Below are positions 60,676-64,000 of a stretch of DNA of 64,000 nt, piece after piece. The stretch comes from an uncultured Staphylococcaceae bacterium (GTDB lineage: Bacteria > Bacillota_I > Bacilli_A > ML615J-28 > CAG-313), in contig CAZIQF010000007.1 of assembly GCA_964541525.1 (NCBI GenBank), forward strand, positions 11,533 through 75,532, given 5' to 3'. The position numbers and the translations under genes were made by a program. The notes below the pieces were generated by a model. The model did not search any database. It saw nothing but the letters and a program-made list of their open reading frames with translations, and was not told the DNA's origin. Each line of letters opens with the position of its first letter. Within the stretch, counting starts at the first letter, position 1.

Positions 60676-61422
60676 ATGGAAAGATTACAAAAAAGAATTG
60701 CCAATAGTGGAATATGTTCGAGAAGAAAAGCAGAAGAACTAATACTAGATGGAAAAGTATCAGTCAATGGAATAATCACTACTGAATTAGGAACTAAAGT
60801 ATCTGATCAAGATGTTATTACGGTTAATGGTAAAGTATTAGAAAAAGTAAATAAATTATATTTTGTGATTAATAAACCGCGAGGAGTGATTTGTACCGTT
60901 AATGATCCTGCTCGAAGAACTACTATTCTTGATTTGCTACCTGATCAATTAAAAAAAACACGAATATATCCAGTTGGACGTTTAGATTACGACACCAAAG
61001 GGGTGCTACTTCTAACTAATGATGGTGAATTTATGAATCAAGTTGTAGGACCTAAAAGTGGTATCGAAAAAGAATATTTAGCTCGCGTTGATGGAATCGT
61101 AAAGATGAACGCAATTAAGAAACTAACGACTGGTGTAATGATTGATAATAAACTTACCCTTCCAGCAATTGTCAATATCGAATCAATCGATCAACAAAAT
61201 CGGTCTTCACTAATCCGAATTACGATAACTGAAGGTAATTATCATCAAGTTAAAGAAATGTTTAAAGCAGTCGGTCATGAAGTAAAGAAATTAACTAGAG
61301 TCCGTTTTGGTAATATTGTGATCAATCAATTAAAAGAAGGAGAAGTAAGGCCACTTACAATCCATGAGGTGAAAACCTTATATGCTTTATCAAAACAAAA
61401 TAAAAACTTAAAAGAGAGGTAA
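60676..61422 (+). CDS. rluB: 23S rRNA pseudouridine synthase B
   Basis: MERLQK S4 domain, NKPRG, GRLDYDT; dacB-spmAB-rluB synteny. Confidence 0.92.
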   Translation: MERLQKRIANSGICSRRKAEELILDGKVSVNGIITTELGTKVSDQDVITVNGKVLEKVNKLYFVINKPRGVICTVNDPARRTTILDLLPDQLKKTRIYPVGRLDYDTKGVLLLTNDGEFMNQVVGPKSGIEKEYLARVDGIVKMNAIKKLTTGVMIDNKLTLPAIVNIESIDQQNRSSLIRITITEGNYHQVKEMFKAVGHEVKKLTRVRFGNIVINQLKEGEVRPLTIHEVKTLYALSKQNKNLKER

Positions 61423-61427
61423 GAAAT

Positions 61428-62363
61428 ATGCTGCTAACAGATGTATATCGTTTTAGTTTTGAATGGAATATCTTAGAATGGTTCTACAAAATCGGTAATA
61501 CTTTTTTCGATTACTTTTTCTATTTTATCTCCGAATTTGGTTCAAGTATCATCATTTTATTACTTGTAACTATTATTTATTGGTGTATTAATAAAGAAAA
61601 AGGACGTCATATTGCATTTATTTGTTTTTTTACCATTTGCATTAACAACAGCTTAAAAGGGTTATTTAATGCTAAAAGACCATTTCAATATGAAGGTAAA
61701 GAACATTTAAGAAAACTTGCTGATTCATCACTAAGCGATGGCGCTTCAGGGACTTCATTTCCAAGTGGTCATTCGCAAAATTCAGCTTCGATTTATTCTA
61801 GTCTTTTTGTTAATTTCAAACATAAGGGAGTTCGAGTTTTTGCTGTTTGTCTGATAATTTTAGTTCCTATCTCAAGACTTTATCTAGGTGTTCATTTTCC
61901 TGGTGATGTCGTTGTTGGATTAATCTTAGGAATTGCTGCAACTTTACTTTTAACCTTTCTTCTAAACAAGTTTCCTAAAAAAGAATTTTTGATTTGTTTA
62001 ATTTTAATTATCTTCGTCTTTCCTGCTATCTTTATTCCGAATATTGCCAAAGATTTTTTTAAAGGATATGGTTTAATGATTGGCTTACTAGGTGGTAGTT
62101 GGCTAGAGAAGAAGTATGTTAACTTTGAAATTGCAAAATCTTTAAAAACTAATATCCTTCGCTATTTAGTCGGAATCGTCATTATTGGTGGATTATATGG
62201 TATTATTCATGTTATAAACCATCTAGAAGCAATCGAAATGTATAATTGGTCATTATTTATTTCTAATTTCCTTACACACGGCTTGTTAGCTTTTACTGCA
62301 ATCGCAATTGTACCTATTTTATTTAACAAAATCTCCTTTTTAAAGGAGAAGAACAATGAGTAA
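61428..62363 (+). CDS. PAP2 family membrane phosphatase
   Basis: K..FNAKRP, FPSGHS, SRLYLGVHFPGDV. Confidence 0.9.
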   Translation: MLLTDVYRFSFEWNILEWFYKIGNTFFDYFFYFISEFGSSIIILLLVTIIYWCINKEKGRHIAFICFFTICINNSLKGLFNAKRPFQYEGKEHLRKLADSSLSDGASGTSFPSGHSQNSASIYSSLFVNFKHKGVRVFAVCLIILVPISRLYLGVHFPGDVVVGLILGIAATLLLTFLLNKFPKKEFLICLILIIFVFPAIFIPNIAKDFFKGYGLMIGLLGGSWLEKKYVNFEIAKSLKTNILRYLVGIVIIGGLYGIIHVINHLEAIEMYNWSLFISNFLTHGLLAFTAIAIVPILFNKISFLKEKNNE

Positions 62364-63408
62364 TTTTGAATCTTTAAATAATTATTTACTCCCAACTCCT
62401 TTGCTATTGGAACTGTTGGATGTTTATAAATTAATTGGAACTAATACTAATATTGAAAAAACTTTAGATAAAAAAGCAATTCATCTTGAAAGAAAAGCTT
62501 TTGAAACTGATTGTTTTAAATTAGTTGAATTTTTAAAGCTTGATGTCTCAATTAATCGAATTAGGTTAATTATTACCAAAGATTCCTTACCGAAGAATAA
62601 AGAAGAAAAAATGATTTGTGCTTGTAAACAAGTTTTAAAATCAATTAGAGAACTACCTTATCAAGAAAATTTATCTGTTAATAGTAGTGATATTCTTGAT
62701 TATTTAAAACACATCTATGGAAATAACATTAAATTTAATGCTGAAGATTTTAAAATTCATGGTTCTAACAAAAGAAGTATTCGCTTTGAATTCAATAAAG
62801 TCTTTGATGAATATAATGAAGCTTATAATTTGAAAAAATATGAACCAATTATTCTAGGATGCATCTTAATTATGGAAATGTATAACATTAAACCGTATTC
62901 TGAGTATAACAATCTCGCAATACTGCTTACGTATTATTATATATTAAATAGATGTGGAATTAAGTGTTTTAAATACACTAGTTTTCTTGATCTTTACTTA
63001 AAAAATGAAGATAAAATTATAAATACGATTGCTAATGGTTCGATTAATTATGATCAGGGAACCCTATATTTCAGTAATTTTGTTAAGTTAACATTAGATC
63101 TAATTAAAAGTGCCTATCAAGAAATTGATGAAATCATAGTTAATAATCGCTTTTTAGATCGAGCTTTTAAAAGTGATTATCTTGAACAAACGATTATTTA
63201 CGATCTACCTAATATTTTCTCAAAAGAAGATATCATTGCCGTATATCCGGAAATTAGTCCATCAACAATTATGCGTTGTCTTTCTAAACTTCATAAAATG
63301 AACTACATTATGCCACTCGGAACAGGAAGAAGTGCCAAATGGAAAAAACTGATTGATCCAAATAATTTAAACTATGCGATAGGAGTAAAAAATGAAAATC
63401 AAAACTAA
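62356..63408 (+). CDS. Fic-domain protein with degenerate catalytic motif and C-terminal HTH
   Basis: KPYSEYNNL in place of HPFxDGNGR; family-like flanks (FKYTSF, C-terminal ISPSTI..LSKL....I...GTGRSAKW). Confidence 0.6.
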   Translation: MSNFESLNNYLLPTPLLLELLDVYKLIGTNTNIEKTLDKKAIHLERKAFETDCFKLVEFLKLDVSINRIRLIITKDSLPKNKEEKMICACKQVLKSIRELPYQENLSVNSSDILDYLKHIYGNNIKFNAEDFKIHGSNKRSIRFEFNKVFDEYNEAYNLKKYEPIILGCILIMEMYNIKPYSEYNNLAILLTYYYILNRCGIKCFKYTSFLDLYLKNEDKIINTIANGSINYDQGTLYFSNFVKLTLDLIKSAYQEIDEIIVNNRFLDRAFKSDYLEQTIIYDLPNIFSKEDIIAVYPEISPSTIMRCLSKLHKMNYIMPLGTGRSAKWKKLIDPNNLNYAIGVKNENQN

Positions 63409-64000
63409 TTATCATACTCATATTTATTTATGTCGCCACGCTGTTGGTAATGTTGAAGACTATGTCAATAGAGCAATCGAATTAGGTTATAGCGAACTTG
63501 GGATTTCTGATCATTGTCCTTTTCCTGATTCACTGGTCAAAGCGATTTATTCTAGAAGAATGACAATCGATGAGTATCATAAAATCTATCTACCGAGTTT
63601 AGAAGAAAACATTCTAAAGTATAGTGACCAAATCAAAATATATAAAGCTTTAGAAACCGAATATTTAGATGAAATGAAAGAAATGTATCCTGAGTTATTG
63701 CAGAAGCTTGATTATTTAATTTTAGGTCAACATTTTTTCAAATATCATGGAAAATTTATCTCAGTCTATTCCCAACTTTCTGGTGAAATGGTAAGAGCCT
63801 ATGCTGATGCGGTTTGCGAAGCGATGGATTCGGGTTTTTTCAAAATTTTAGCCCATCCTGATATCTTTTGTTGGGGATATCCATTCTGGGATGATGTTTG
63901 TGTTGAAGTATCAAATAGAATTATCGCTTGTGCAATTAAGAATAATGTTATCTTAGAAATCAATGTTAATGGAATCAGGAATTGTGAACATTCTTATCGT
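63392..64000 (+). CDS. PHP-domain histidinol-phosphatase family protein (5' part, runs off the window)
   Basis: Hand translation MKIKTNYHTHIYLCRHAVG...ISDHCP...AHPD...EINVNG; AGGAG RBS; open to the window end. Confidence 0.85.
   Translation, partial: MKIKTNYHTHIYLCRHAVGNVEDYVNRAIELGYSELGISDHCPFPDSLVKAIYSRRMTIDEYHKIYLPSLEENILKYSDQIKIYKALETEYLDEMKEMYPELLQKLDYLILGQHFFKYHGKFISVYSQLSGEMVRAYADAVCEAMDSGFFKILAHPDIFCWGYPFWDDVCVEVSNRIIACAIKNNVILEINVNGIRNCEHSYR

Noticed and set aside
1352-62395. Short (60-100 aa) antisense or alternate-frame ORFs from the track, e.g. 1352-1597, 5635-5871, 15364-15618, 29037-29339, 45477-45776, 55157-55522
   Set aside because: All lie inside well-supported genes, lack RBS or recognisable motifs, and are expected shadow ORFs
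1-64000. Possible UGA=Trp (code 4) recoding given the Mollicutes-like look
   Set aside because: Long ORFs are intact under code 11 with Trp as TGG, and TGA ends gltD (36009) and spmA (60108)
1-64000. rRNA, tRNA, transposase or phage genes
   Set aside because: None recognisable in any intergenic region or ORF

Overview
AT-rich chromosomal window from a compact, probably anaerobic Bacilli-type genome (Erysipelotrichales/Acholeplasmatales/RF39-like gene order; taxonomy cannot be fixed from sequence alone). Genetic code 11: TGA is used as a stop in gltD and spmA. Most of it is core genome: an rnfCDGEAB operon, glyQS-dnaG-rpoD-trmK-nif3, plsY/parE-parC, a cmk-rpsA fusion, der, gpsA, rpmF, rsmH, valS with a T-box, folC, radC, ppdK, rplU-prp-rpmA-obg, mutS-mutL-miaA and rluB. 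The most interesting signal is a scattered mother-cell sporulation and cortex set: spoVIF-like, spoVD, murE-mraY-murD, spoIVFA/spoIVFB-like and dacB-spmA-spmB. Each of these five units has a sigmaE-type promoter match with the same 14-bp spacer, whereas the housekeeping genes checked have sigmaA-type promoters. The genes that normally flank them in Bacillus (mraZ, ftsL, pbpB, spoVE/murG, mreBCD, minCD, spo0B) are missing from those positions. Other oddities: two full-length RpoD-like sigma factors, an RnfG with two flavinylation domains, a truncated RnfB plus a stand-alone ferredoxin absent from the ORF track, a 110-bp duplication of the miaA 3' end enclosing 433 bp (att-site scar), and a Fic protein with a degenerate active site. 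No rRNA, tRNA, CRISPR array or intact mobile element was found.
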